Assembly: GCA_963674945.2 (NCBI GenBank)
Contig: CAXXWQ010000003.1
Span: forward strand, 1,728,001 to 1,792,000
DNA length: 64,000 nucleotides
DNA from: an uncultured Desulfosarcina sp.
GTDB taxonomy: Bacteria > Desulfobacterota > Desulfobacteria > Desulfobacterales > Desulfosarcinaceae
Reading direction: 5' to 3'
The notes beneath the pieces are model-generated. The model was not told the DNA's origin, made no database searches, and was given only the letters and a program-made list of their open reading frames with translations. Of the stretch, positions 1-9,468 are shown piece by piece. Position 1 is the first letter of the stretch. Every line of letters begins with the position of its first letter. Position numbers and translations under genes: made by a program.

Positions 1-2
1 AC

Positions 3-170
3 ACAACACACGACGAATGCATCTGCGCAGATATCCCCAAGGCATTGTACAACCGCGTTTCGGATTACTGCCGCGCCACCGGCATTACACCCAAAGAATT
101 CATTATCGATGCCATCAGTGAAAAACTGTCGTCCATCCACAGGGAACGGCGACGCAAGCCCAGGCTATAA
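3..170 (+). CDS. 5'-truncated small protein, ribbon-helix-helix (CopG/Arc)-like
   Basis: Not in the ORF track. Frame 3 is open from the window edge to TAA at 168-170: TTHDECICADIPKALYNRVSDYCRATGITPKEFIIDAISEKLSSIHRERRRKPRL. A beta-strand plus two amphipathic helices pattern resembles RHH proteins. Confidence 0.5.
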   Translation, partial: TTHDECICADIPKALYNRVSDYCRATGITPKEFIIDAISEKLSSIHRERRRKPRL

Positions 171-318
171 AAACGGGTCGCCACCATATTTTCACCAGGA
201 CGCACCTTTTGTATCCCGCGACGTACCGAAATCGAATCATGATCGGTATCCAATCGAAAGCACCAGGATCGGTCGAGATCTCTTCGCGTCTTGGCGTTGC
301 AGCAGCCGCCGCCTCAAG

Positions 319-987
319 ATGAATTGGATCGTTTGCCTTGTGGTCGTCCTTTTTACTGGTGGTTGCAGCAGCACCCAGCTGGCCAATTTTCAGCGGCATG
401 CGGCAAGGGAAGATTTCCAATGGATCGCGGACCAACCCATCTCCTGCGACAACGTCGGTAACATTTGCGGACGTCTCTACCTGATCCGGGGCGATGCATG
501 CTTTCACCTGGCGAAAGCCAGCCAAGATCCCTTTGAATACCACGATTGTGCGGCTGATGCCTATTACCGGGGATTGTCATTGATGCCTGTCATGACCGAT
601 AAAAAACTTCACAGGAGGTATCTGGAAAACCTGTGCGAATCCCTGTCTCATCTTAAAGACACGGCGCTTGACGGCAAAAAAACCGACTGTGCGGCCCGAC
701 TCATGGAGACGGCCGAGCATCTCTATCAATTGGCACCGGAGGCTGCATCGGGGCATTACTACCTTTTCAAGGGCCGGCTCCTTTCAATGGGATCAACAAT
801 CCAGGCAGGCCATATCGCCAACCGTTCCATGGTCTGTATCCGGCTCCAACGAAACCTTCTCGGTGTTTTGTCGATGATGGAAACGGCAAAAAATCAACCA
901 CCACCGGACTGGGATCGGTTTTCCCAAAAATTTGAACGGCTCGCTTTTGATCTGGGAAATGTTCTGAAGGAAGCCGGATGCAACTGA
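319..987 (+). CDS. Putative lipoprotein, helical and Cys-rich (TPR-like)
   Basis: Restarting track ORF 109..987 at ATG 319 gives MNWIVCLVVVLFTGG-C, a signal peptide II-like N-terminus with lipobox. Confidence 0.6.
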   Translation: MNWIVCLVVVLFTGGCSSTQLANFQRHAAREDFQWIADQPISCDNVGNICGRLYLIRGDACFHLAKASQDPFEYHDCAADAYYRGLSLMPVMTDKKLHRRYLENLCESLSHLKDTALDGKKTDCAARLMETAEHLYQLAPEAASGHYYLFKGRLLSMGSTIQAGHIANRSMVCIRLQRNLLGVLSMMETAKNQPPPDWDRFSQKFERLAFDLGNVLKEAGCN

Positions 988-1158
988 GATTTGCCGTTCT
1001 TCAGACTTGATCCGCAACAAAAAACAGGGTATTTGCATCAACAATCTCCTATATTTCCCCTGCCTTTTCGGCGGGGAAGATACAAAAAATTGGTTTTTCT
1101 GATCAGACCCCATTACAAGTGGGAGGACACACCCTACCCGGTTTTTGAAAGGATGCAC

Positions 1159-1335
1159 ATGAACGCCCCCAATGAAACGATCTCCTGCAGTGATGATACC
1201 CAACAGATCACCATCCACCTCCCCTGCCGACTCGCCGAACGAATCGAGAAATATGCCGGAAAAAACGAAAATACGGTCACCGGCGTCATCATCGAGGCAT
1301 TGGACACCTTCCTGCGCAATCGAAAATCGGAATAA
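1159..1335 (+). CDS. Small RHH/CopG-like DNA-binding protein (58 aa)
   Basis: GAAAGGA RBS precedes ATG 1159. QQITIHLPCRLAERIEKYA...TVTGVIIEALDTFL fits the RHH pattern. Confidence 0.6.
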   Translation: MNAPNETISCSDDTQQITIHLPCRLAERIEKYAGKNENTVTGVIIEALDTFLRNRKSE

Positions 1336-1403
1336 TCCGTTTTCACGAAACTCTCCGACATATGTACAATCGTATGATCCATAGCCAAGGCAAGCGGTTC
1401 GCC

Positions 1404-4004
1404 TTTAGCCATTCGCTGTTAGCGCTTATCTGTTGCGCATCAATCGATAGCTCGATTGCAACACATTCAGAACACTGCATCTCCGGGAAAACTATGTGAC
1501 ACCTCCGGCATGATTTGAGGTGCTGCAGCCATTTAGTTCGAATATCATTTGCAGCTCGGTACCGGGGTATTTTACCTGCGCACTGTTCAGATGCGCAAAC
1601 AGTTGGCAAAGAGCCCGATTGGCCGCTGGGAACGAAGCGCCGTGCAATCGTATATTCAATTGCTGATTTTCAATATCGGGCAGTACATCGCCTTCGGTCT
1701 GGAACAGTGTCTGGAGAAGACTCCGTGCATCCGACGAGTTTACCGTCGGACCCGTGAGCAACCCAACCATTGCCGTCTCTGCACGATATGCAATCATACG
1801 AACCGTGTCCATCAGGCGTTTTCTGCCCGGTTGTAAACGTAAAAATTTATCTTTTGCTTCAAGTTCTCCCCACGTGATGTGTTTACTTGTCTGTTTTCGT
1901 TTTTCTTTCAACTCGCTGAGTTGATACTCCATCTTTTCGATTTCTTCTAACAGCTCGGCCTTTTTCTCTATCCACTTCTTAAACTTTACCGGTTTGTCTT
2001 CATTTTCAGGGTGAATGGTCATCTCGGCAAAACAGGCACGACGATATCGTAGCTTGTTCTGCAACGAATTACGGGATTGATTCAATTGCCGCCAAACGGG
2101 GTTGATTACCCGTTCGGTATCAGGAAATTCAACGACACCATAATCTAAAAGCACATCGATATCAAAATGTTGCATCATATAGTTGAAAAAGTTTTCCTGA
2201 CACCACCGGCTGAACATGCGTGCTGCCAATTGAGTATGCGGCAAATCGAAAGCGGTGCTGATTACGCTGGTCTGGTGTCCGGAATCGGTCAGTTTTCGCA
2301 CTTGTCGCATCCATGTTGCACCCTTACCAGATCCCACCAAACTACCCATTTCGCAAAGCCGCATCTTCACCACCTCTTTGTTTGGCATCGCAACTTCATA
2401 CTCGGTGAACCAATGCTCCGGCCATGATTCACCAGGATGCTTATGATACGTCATGCAGCCGATTCGATGGCGATCCCACATTTCCTTGAAGAATGCGGGA
2501 CTATATCCTTCCCTGTCGAAAACAAGAACGAACCGGCATAAACATGGGTTCTCTTGTAGTTGCTGCAAACCGGGTTGATTCGGAACGTCTTGCAACAACC
2601 GGGGAACGATATCGTCTCTTAAAACCGCCAATAATCCAGGATCGATCTGCTTTTCGACGACAAAAAAAGGTCGGCCAATCGCATCGTTAACCCAATAGTC
2701 GGTAATGCCCCTCATGCACAATCGTTCCCGGGACACGTAGCGGCGCGGTAGTCGGGTCAATTTTCCATGATAAACACGTACATGCCCGTCAACATAAAGC
2801 GCGCCAACCGATTCGGGCGCCTGTTCCATCCAGTATTTACCGAGGTATGCGGCCCACTTTTCCGCGCCGTGGTCTGCGCTCAACGCATCCATCTTGTAAC
2901 GCAAACAGCGAACCTCCGGTGCACGATCCAAGCCCAATAACTTACCAAATTCTCCCGGAGCATGGCCTCGTATTTTTTCTGTCGTCTTGATCCTGCATAA
3001 GGCCATAAACGAAAGCAGCAACAAGACATGAAAGATCGTGTAATAGCCTTTGACTTGGCCGAGGAACTGTTTTGCGCCGGTAAACAACCCGTTTGCCACC
3101 AATGACGGTATCGCACAAAGAACGCCTGCTTTGGGAACGTCCAGGCATCTGTCAAAACGAACCGGCGCACCAACCATTTTGCCCAATGATGCCAATATGC
3201 GTTCCCCGACTCGGTTGCAAGCCGTCCCCATACCATCGGCAGCAGCCATGTCGACCATGTCCCGATCTGATTTGGTTAGACACGGTTCACCAATCCTTGA
3301 TTCGATTAACCGACCATCATCTATAGCTTTGCGAAACGTATCGTATTTAATGCCAAGTTCCAGGGCGGCATCTTTTTTCGAGCACCCTTGATCCAGTAAA
3401 CGTTGGGCTTGTTCAAGCACCTCAGGTTTGAAAACCTTGCCGCCGCGTCGTCCCCGCCGCTGAACGAAAAATGCCTCGGCGCCGCCGGACCTGAGTTTGT
3501 TCACGAATCGGATGACATTGCTCTTGGATACGCCGAATGTGTTTTGGATATCGATCTGGCGGCAAGCTCCGGATTCAACCAGTTGGGCTGTTATCATCCG
3601 AAACATTCGTTGATCGCCTTGTCTGTGAGAATAAATCGGAACGGTCGATAGAAAATAGGTCCAGGTCGTATCGTCACGAAATACACTGACAAGCCCGTTG
3701 ATTTGTCTTGCACCGCGAGGAATAAGTGGTAGTATCTGTTGAGGCATGGCATCCTTTTCCTTTCATTTATCCGCCAAGATAATAAGGTTAAAGGTGCCAT
3801 GTTCATTTTCCGGTTGCAATACCTTACCGGCCTGCTGGATTCAGACTCCTATCTTTCTGTTTTTCAACCACTTACATTATGTTTTGCTTGCCATATGCAA
3901 CAATTAGGAAATCAAGTTTCCTGACATTGGGATAAATGAAAATAATCGGTCTATTCTTTGAAATTTTGCCGCCAATGGCTGACAGCTAACGGCGAATCGC
4001 TCAA
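1404..4004 (-). mobile_element. Candidate insertion sequence (~2.6 kb) carrying a 751-aa DDE transposase
   Basis: Imperfect 20-bp inverted repeat (17/20): TTTAGCCATTCGCTGTTAGC at 1404-1423 and GCTAACGGCGAATCGCTCAA at 3985-4004, bracketing the transposase. No target duplication seen, so the ends are uncertain. Confidence 0.5.
1492..3747 (-). CDS. Large DDE-type transposase with N-terminal HTH motifs
   Basis: DDE-like motifs LYVDGHVRVY, VFDREGYS and RWCQENFF. Two HTH-like segments (RQIDIQNTFGVSKSNV, SKKDAALELGIKYDTF) and a C-terminal coiled coil. AAAGG RBS precedes the ATG. Confidence 0.85.
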   Translation of the reverse strand: MPQQILPLIPRGARQINGLVSVFRDDTTWTYFLSTVPIYSHRQGDQRMFRMITAQLVESGACRQIDIQNTFGVSKSNVIRFVNKLRSGGAEAFFVQRRGRRGGKVFKPEVLEQAQRLLDQGCSKKDAALELGIKYDTFRKAIDDGRLIESRIGEPCLTKSDRDMVDMAAADGMGTACNRVGERILASLGKMVGAPVRFDRCLDVPKAGVLCAIPSLVANGLFTGAKQFLGQVKGYYTIFHVLLLLSFMALCRIKTTEKIRGHAPGEFGKLLGLDRAPEVRCLRYKMDALSADHGAEKWAAYLGKYWMEQAPESVGALYVDGHVRVYHGKLTRLPRRYVSRERLCMRGITDYWVNDAIGRPFFVVEKQIDPGLLAVLRDDIVPRLLQDVPNQPGLQQLQENPCLCRFVLVFDREGYSPAFFKEMWDRHRIGCMTYHKHPGESWPEHWFTEYEVAMPNKEVVKMRLCEMGSLVGSGKGATWMRQVRKLTDSGHQTSVISTAFDLPHTQLAARMFSRWCQENFFNYMMQHFDIDVLLDYGVVEFPDTERVINPVWRQLNQSRNSLQNKLRYRRACFAEMTIHPENEDKPVKFKKWIEKKAELLEEIEKMEYQLSELKEKRKQTSKHITWGELEAKDKFLRLQPGRKRLMDTVRMIAYRAETAMVGLLTGPTVNSSDARSLLQTLFQTEGDVLPDIENQQLNIRLHGASFPAANRALCQLFAHLNSAQVKYPGTELQMIFELNGCSTSNHAGGVT

Positions 4005-4035
4005 TGTATGTAGTGATTTGAAAGACCTGCGTTCT

Positions 4036-5346
4036 TTACGTCGAAGGGCAGGCGAGTGGATCGGATAGTTCCAGTGTAAAGGCTTGTTCGAATTCAAATC
4101 GATCCTTTAAAACCCCGCTCAAGATTTCGAAAAATGAAACGAACGAAGCCTTTTGGCAGAAAAATGGAAGGTTATACCAGGTAAAACGAAACAACCGCTT
4201 GTTCTCCCTGTAAATCTCAAACGCATTGCCAATGCTTCCCACACGCCCCCATTTCACAAACATGTCCCGCAATACGGCAATTTCCCAGTCGTCGATTTGG
4301 AAAAACAGTTTGTGACCATAGCGGTAAAGGATGAAAGTATGTCCGCGCCCTGACGAAAACGCGCCTTGGACAGGCATCTCGTCATCGACGGAATATTGCT
4401 TGCCCGTAAGTGATGCCTTCAATGGATCGAACTCAATGGTCCCTTTCCCTTTGTCCACATCCTTCAGGTACACGGCATGGAGGACACCCGGACGGCGATG
4501 CGCAAATGAGGCGAACACCACTTTGATCTCAGGCAAAATCCGCATCGTAAAACGGAAACAGTATGAAAAAACCAAAAGTGTGGGAAGCAATACCGCCATG
4601 CAAGCCATTGCCCAATGCCAGATTGGTGGAAAGAGAATTCGGACGGCGGCGGCGGCCAAAAGGTTCGTGGGAAGGGCGAAACCGAGGATCTTTCCTACCA
4701 TCCCCCTGGACAGGTAGAGATAACGTGTGATGCCGAAAATACGACACAATGCCGAAACGACCATCGCAGCCGAAAATCCGATTACGGTGAGCATTGGGGG
4801 AAAAATGAGAAGATCCCTTCCGAGCACCATCTCCATCAGTTTCGCCCGTTCGGGGAAATAGACCATATAGTATCGGCCGACCGGACTGGCAATGTAAGCG
4901 TACCAGGCGACTTTGCAGAGCAGAAACACAATCGTAACCACCACTGAGACCACACACAGCAGGACAACGGCCTCGAGAAAGGTCCGAACCACGGATCGAA
5001 GATAGGCCAGTCCGGCAGCCTTGAAGGAAGTGACAGGGGAAAAGGTCGCTCTTTTCGTTCTGGTAAACGATTCCGTATCGATACGGACGCCGTTTTGGCG
5101 GATTTGCCGCATCAACGAAACCCCGAGGATCCCCGAAAGAAGCGACGCCACCATAAGAAGCCACAATCGAAAATCCATGGACCATGCATTTATCGGAATC
5201 TGCAGCGCCTGATCCAGTTTGTGGGAGATTTCACGCAATGCGCTGCCGTCGATTCTCGAAAAAAGGATTCGCAGCGGTTCTTCCACCGTTATGGTGACCA
5301 TTTCCATGAGTTCGTTTAAAGGGGCTGGTGTCTGCATGGGTGGCAA
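4036..5346 (-). CDS. Multi-pass membrane protein of unknown function with soluble C-terminal domain
   Basis: 436-aa ORF with about 5 hydrophobic segments. Co-oriented with and 41 bp downstream of the pentapeptide gene. Confidence 0.65.
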   Translation of the reverse strand: MPPMQTPAPLNELMEMVTITVEEPLRILFSRIDGSALREISHKLDQALQIPINAWSMDFRLWLLMVASLLSGILGVSLMRQIRQNGVRIDTESFTRTKRATFSPVTSFKAAGLAYLRSVVRTFLEAVVLLCVVSVVVTIVFLLCKVAWYAYIASPVGRYYMVYFPERAKLMEMVLGRDLLIFPPMLTVIGFSAAMVVSALCRIFGITRYLYLSRGMVGKILGFALPTNLLAAAAVRILFPPIWHWAMACMAVLLPTLLVFSYCFRFTMRILPEIKVVFASFAHRRPGVLHAVYLKDVDKGKGTIEFDPLKASLTGKQYSVDDEMPVQGAFSSGRGHTFILYRYGHKLFFQIDDWEIAVLRDMFVKWGRVGSIGNAFEIYRENKRLFRFTWYNLPFFCQKASFVSFFEILSGVLKDRFEFEQAFTLELSDPLACPST

Positions 5347-5387
5347 TACCGATTTTCCAGTCCATTGCGGCTGTGGTAAAAAAATGC

Positions 5388-6764
5388 TTAAAATCCGATC
5401 ACCTTGTCAACGTTTTTCGCGCGATCCAGGTTGAGGGCGTTTTCGAGATTTGCATTGGAAAAATTGGCGTGTTCCAGATCGGCATTTCGAAAATTGGCTC
5501 CGCGCAGTATGGAGTGTTGGAAATTGGCATTGTTCAACTTGGCATCGGTAAAGGTGCAACCGACAAGATTCAAACGTGAAAAGTTTGAACCGGACAGATC
5601 ACAACCGGAGAAATTCGTTCCGTACAGGGCAACCTTTCGTAAATTCAAATTGGACAACTGGGAACCGGCAAGGTTGGTGTTGTTCATGTTGACATTGTTG
5701 ATGTTCGCCATGCGCAGGTCGACTCCCTGCAAATCGCATTCCCCCAGGTTGACGTTTTTGATGAAGGCGCCGGAAAGATTTGCACCACGAAAATTGGTCG
5801 TCTGCGTTTTGGCGCTGTCGATTGTCGCTTTGGAGAGATCGGCGCCGGACAGATTCGCCTTAATCAGTGTCGCTTGACGCAAGCTGGCGCCGGAAAGGTT
5901 CGCCTTTTCCAAATCGGCATAGGAGAGGTTGGTGCGGAAAAAATTGCAGTTGGACAGATTGGAACTGACGAATTTGTAGCCTCTCAGATACATTCCGGAA
6001 AAATCTACCCCGGTGAGATCCATATTGGCGAGGTCAACCCCTGTCAGGTCGGTTGTTTTCAACAATGCCCCGGACATGTCCGAATGTTCTACGATGGCAT
6101 TTTTCAAGTTGGCCCCACGGAAGTCGCAGTTGGATAGATTGCTGTGAACCATGAATGCATTTTCGAAGTTTACGCCGGTAAAATTTCTCCCGGACAGGTC
6201 GATTCCACTCAAATTTTTCCCGTAGAAATTTTTCGTGGTTTTTAAAATTCTATCGATGTCCTTTCCATCCAGGGGCTCATTGGCCATTCGATCACTGAGA
6301 CGATTCTCCTTTTTGTATTGGGAGGCCCAAGTGAATTTTTCGATGGTGATATGCGTAAAATCCGACAGATCATTTCCATAGCTGTCTTTTACCGTTGCCG
6401 TAATGGTGTGCGCCCCCTCGGACAATTGGGCGTAGTTGAACATTGCTTCGGATCCGATGACACCATCGATATTGGAATTCCACTTCACCGCCTGGCCGAT
6501 AACGTTGCCCGTATCGTCAACCGCCTTGAAATGGATCTCTTCCCCATGATAATGGGATTGTCCATTTACCGGACTCTCCACGACGATAACGATGGGCCCA
6601 TCGTCAACCGAGACCGAAGTCGTGACCGGTTCCTCGCTCTGCCAGCATCCGGCAACAGCAAAAAGTAGAAAAACACTGATAAATTCAAATATCCGTTTTG
6701 CGTGATGAATTTTTCGTAACAATGCTTCCAACCCCTTTTCAATGATTGATGAACGTGTTTTCAA
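5388..6764 (-). CDS. Pentapeptide-repeat lipoprotein with Ig/PKD-like N-terminal domain
   Basis: Lipobox-like FAVAG-C. Beta-rich segment WNSNIDGVIG...LSEGAHTITATVKDS. About 270 aa of A(D/N)LSG-type pentapeptide repeats. The start may lie slightly downstream. Confidence 0.85.
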   Translation of the reverse strand: MKTRSSIIEKGLEALLRKIHHAKRIFEFISVFLLFAVAGCWQSEEPVTTSVSVDDGPIVIVVESPVNGQSHYHGEEIHFKAVDDTGNVIGQAVKWNSNIDGVIGSEAMFNYAQLSEGAHTITATVKDSYGNDLSDFTHITIEKFTWASQYKKENRLSDRMANEPLDGKDIDRILKTTKNFYGKNLSGIDLSGRNFTGVNFENAFMVHSNLSNCDFRGANLKNAIVEHSDMSGALLKTTDLTGVDLANMDLTGVDFSGMYLRGYKFVSSNLSNCNFFRTNLSYADLEKANLSGASLRQATLIKANLSGADLSKATIDSAKTQTTNFRGANLSGAFIKNVNLGECDLQGVDLRMANINNVNMNNTNLAGSQLSNLNLRKVALYGTNFSGCDLSGSNFSRLNLVGCTFTDAKLNNANFQHSILRGANFRNADLEHANFSNANLENALNLDRAKNVDKVIGF

Positions 6765-6914
6765 TCAAGGTTCGGTGATGACGGGAAGATCGCGTAAAAT
6801 TCAGAGGCCATTTTCAGTAAAAAGTGGAGACGCGATCACAGCGTCAAACGCTTTTACGATTATATTGGCCGATCCTCAAAAACCTTTAGACGCATTCGTA
6901 ATAATGAATATGTC

Positions 6915-8576
6915 TCATTGCCATTGGCCGAACAAACGCGTGATCTCATCAACCTCGAATCGGGGCCAGACGACCGGTCGGCCATCCTCCGTGGCCTGAA
7001 CCCCCGGCGTATTTTCCGTCACTTCACCCACGTCGGCGACTTCGATACCGCCCTCTTTCAATCGGTGAATCAACCGGGGAACTGCCTTGGGGCGGCAGCA
7101 GATCAAAAGGCTGCCGGAACCGATAAGCCCCAACGGATCGATACCCAATATGGATGTCAGGTGCCGTGTCAACGGATATATCGGCACCCGGTCGACATGG
7201 ATGGAAATCCCCTTCCCTCCCGCTCGGCTCAGCTCCTCCAGAGCGGTGGCGATGCCCCCCTCGGTGACGTCGTGCAGGGCGGATACACCCTCTATCGTCC
7301 AGGCGATGCGCGCCTCGGGTAGAATACTGACCATGGTTTGAAAGCGGGTACAGCGGTCTATCTCATCTTGGGTCATGCCCTTTTCCAAAAGCAGTGTCGC
7401 AAATTCGGACGCGATGATGGCAGTTCCCTCCACGGCGACGCCTTTGGTCACCAGCACGTGGTCTTTTGGTGCCATGCGCGATTTTCGGATCAGATCCTTC
7501 CGGGCGACGGTTCCAGCCATCATACCGGTAACGATGGGGCGGCTGACGGCATCGGTGATCTCCGTGTGGCCGCCGCACAGGGACATTTTCTCATGGGCAC
7601 AGGCGTCATGAAGGTCCTGGAAAAGAAAACGGACCTGGGACCGGGAAAAGCCCGTTGGGAGCAAAACGGTGGCCAGCATCCACTTCGCCGCCACGCCTGC
7701 CGTGGCCATGTCGTTGGCATTGATCAGAACGGCGTATCGTCCAATGGACGCGGTGGCGAAGGTGATCGGATCGGTCTTGAGCACAAGTACGGATTGGCCA
7801 CGGATGTCGACGGCGGCGGTATCCTCGCCCACTGATGGCCCTACGATGACGGAAGGATCGTCGATGGGATAGGCCTTCAATAATACATCGAGAAAAGCGT
7901 TCGGCAATTTGCCGGCCGGAAGGGAGATTCCCTGCTCCAATACAGGTTCCAGTTCCAAAAGGGTGTCGATGAGAAACCGGCACCGAATATCCGAAGGGAC
8001 CGGCGCCTCATTGGTCAGATAGGCGGTCAGGGCACCGGCCGACTGTCCCGCCTCCATGTCGAACCGAAAATCCCCCACCACTAACAGATGCGCCGGTTTG
8101 ATCCCCAATCGCCGGGCCGCCAGCAGAACCCCTTCGGCAGAGGGCTTGATCCGGACCGGGTCTTCCCGGGTGACGATAGCATCGAAATCGACCATATCCA
8201 GATGGGCGAAATTGGAAAAGGCCGTTTCGAGAGAGGTCCGACTGTTTCGGGTTAATATACCGACGGGCAAACCGGCCGCCTTTGTTTTTGCGACGATCTC
8301 TTCGGCGCCTTCGTTGGGTTGTGATATTTCGGCACCTGCACGCTCGAAGCGGTCCAATATGCGGACCATCTCCTTGCGTCGCACCGGGTCATGGACCTGT
8401 TCCATATATTCGAGCACCGGCGTTTGGGAGGGACATCCGATCTTCTTTTTCACGACGGAAAAATCCAGGGCGCCGGGCCGGGTCAAGGTCCCGTCGAAAT
8501 CAAACAGGACCCCGTCGATTCGATAAGCAGCGGTGGTATTGGAAAGAGATGGATTATTTTTTTTGATCAGGTTCAA
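6915..8576 (-). CDS. Fusion of HAD-IA phosphatase and AIR-synthase-related (PurM/HypE-like) domain
   Basis: HAD motifs FDFDGTLT, IKP and VGDFRFD. PurM-like motifs PAGKLP, VGEDTAAV, KTDPIT, NANDMA, GGHTE and LHDVTEGG. TTG at 8576 has a GGGAG RBS (track start 8666). Confidence 0.85.
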   Translation of the reverse strand: MNLIKKNNPSLSNTTAAYRIDGVLFDFDGTLTRPGALDFSVVKKKIGCPSQTPVLEYMEQVHDPVRRKEMVRILDRFERAGAEISQPNEGAEEIVAKTKAAGLPVGILTRNSRTSLETAFSNFAHLDMVDFDAIVTREDPVRIKPSAEGVLLAARRLGIKPAHLLVVGDFRFDMEAGQSAGALTAYLTNEAPVPSDIRCRFLIDTLLELEPVLEQGISLPAGKLPNAFLDVLLKAYPIDDPSVIVGPSVGEDTAAVDIRGQSVLVLKTDPITFATASIGRYAVLINANDMATAGVAAKWMLATVLLPTGFSRSQVRFLFQDLHDACAHEKMSLCGGHTEITDAVSRPIVTGMMAGTVARKDLIRKSRMAPKDHVLVTKGVAVEGTAIIASEFATLLLEKGMTQDEIDRCTRFQTMVSILPEARIAWTIEGVSALHDVTEGGIATALEELSRAGGKGISIHVDRVPIYPLTRHLTSILGIDPLGLIGSGSLLICCRPKAVPRLIHRLKEGGIEVADVGEVTENTPGVQATEDGRPVVWPRFEVDEITRLFGQWQ

Positions 8577-8631
8577 GATGAAGGCTCCCTGCATTTGTGT
8601 TGTCAAACAGTAATATGGTAGTCTTTCGTTT

Positions 8632-9450
8632 ATGCATACCACCCAAAAACGTGTAACATCTTTCATGGCACGGGCGGAAGATGTTTTCCATCATTTATCA
8701 AACCGAACCATGGCAAATTGGCCCCGCAACCGCCCCAGCGCCCATCGCCTCAAACGGTGCCGGATCGTCTCCCACCGTGGCGAGCACGACAATCGTCTTC
8801 GGCTGGAAAACACCCTGCCCGCCTTCGATGCCGCAGCGGATGCCGGCGTGTGGGGTATTGAATTGGATGTGCGCTGGACAAAAGACCTGCTGCCGGTGGT
8901 CTTCCACGACCCCGATACCCGGCGTCTGTTCAGCCAAGAAGACCGGATCGGCCAAATGTCCCTTTCCACCTTGAAAAAAAGGCATCCAATGGTTCCCACC
9001 CTGGAGGAGGTGGTCAAACGATATGGCAAACGGATGCACCTGATGATGGAAATCAAAAAGGAGCCTTACCCGACGCCCTCCCTTCAGTCCGAGCGGATGA
9101 AAAAAGTGATCGAAAAACTCTCTCCTGTCCAGGATTTCCATCTGATGAGTCTGGATCCGGATATGTTCACTCACTTCGAATTTCTTCCACCGGCAACCTT
9201 CATCCCCATCGCCCGTGTCCGAATCGACCGTGTGAGCCGGCAGTCCATGGCATGCGGCTGGGGTGGTCTCGCCGGCCACTACCTGATGGCGACCAACGAT
9301 ATGATTTTCCGCCATCGCCGTTTAAACCAAGGCATTGGCACCGGTTTTGCCGATTCCCGGCGGTGCCTGTATCGGGAAGCGGCCCGGGGCGTAGATTGGA
9401 TTTTCTCCAATCGTGCGGCCCGGATGCAGGCGATCTGTGATCGTGCCTGA
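8632..9450 (+). CDS. Glycerophosphodiester phosphodiesterase family protein
   Basis: Motifs SHRG, ENTLPAF, GIELDV, VVFHD and EIK. Confidence 0.9.
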   Translation: MHTTQKRVTSFMARAEDVFHHLSNRTMANWPRNRPSAHRLKRCRIVSHRGEHDNRLRLENTLPAFDAAADAGVWGIELDVRWTKDLLPVVFHDPDTRRLFSQEDRIGQMSLSTLKKRHPMVPTLEEVVKRYGKRMHLMMEIKKEPYPTPSLQSERMKKVIEKLSPVQDFHLMSLDPDMFTHFEFLPPATFIPIARVRIDRVSRQSMACGWGGLAGHYLMATNDMIFRHRRLNQGIGTGFADSRRCLYREAARGVDWIFSNRAARMQAICDRA

Positions 9451-9468
9451 AAAAGGTATAGAGGCTCT

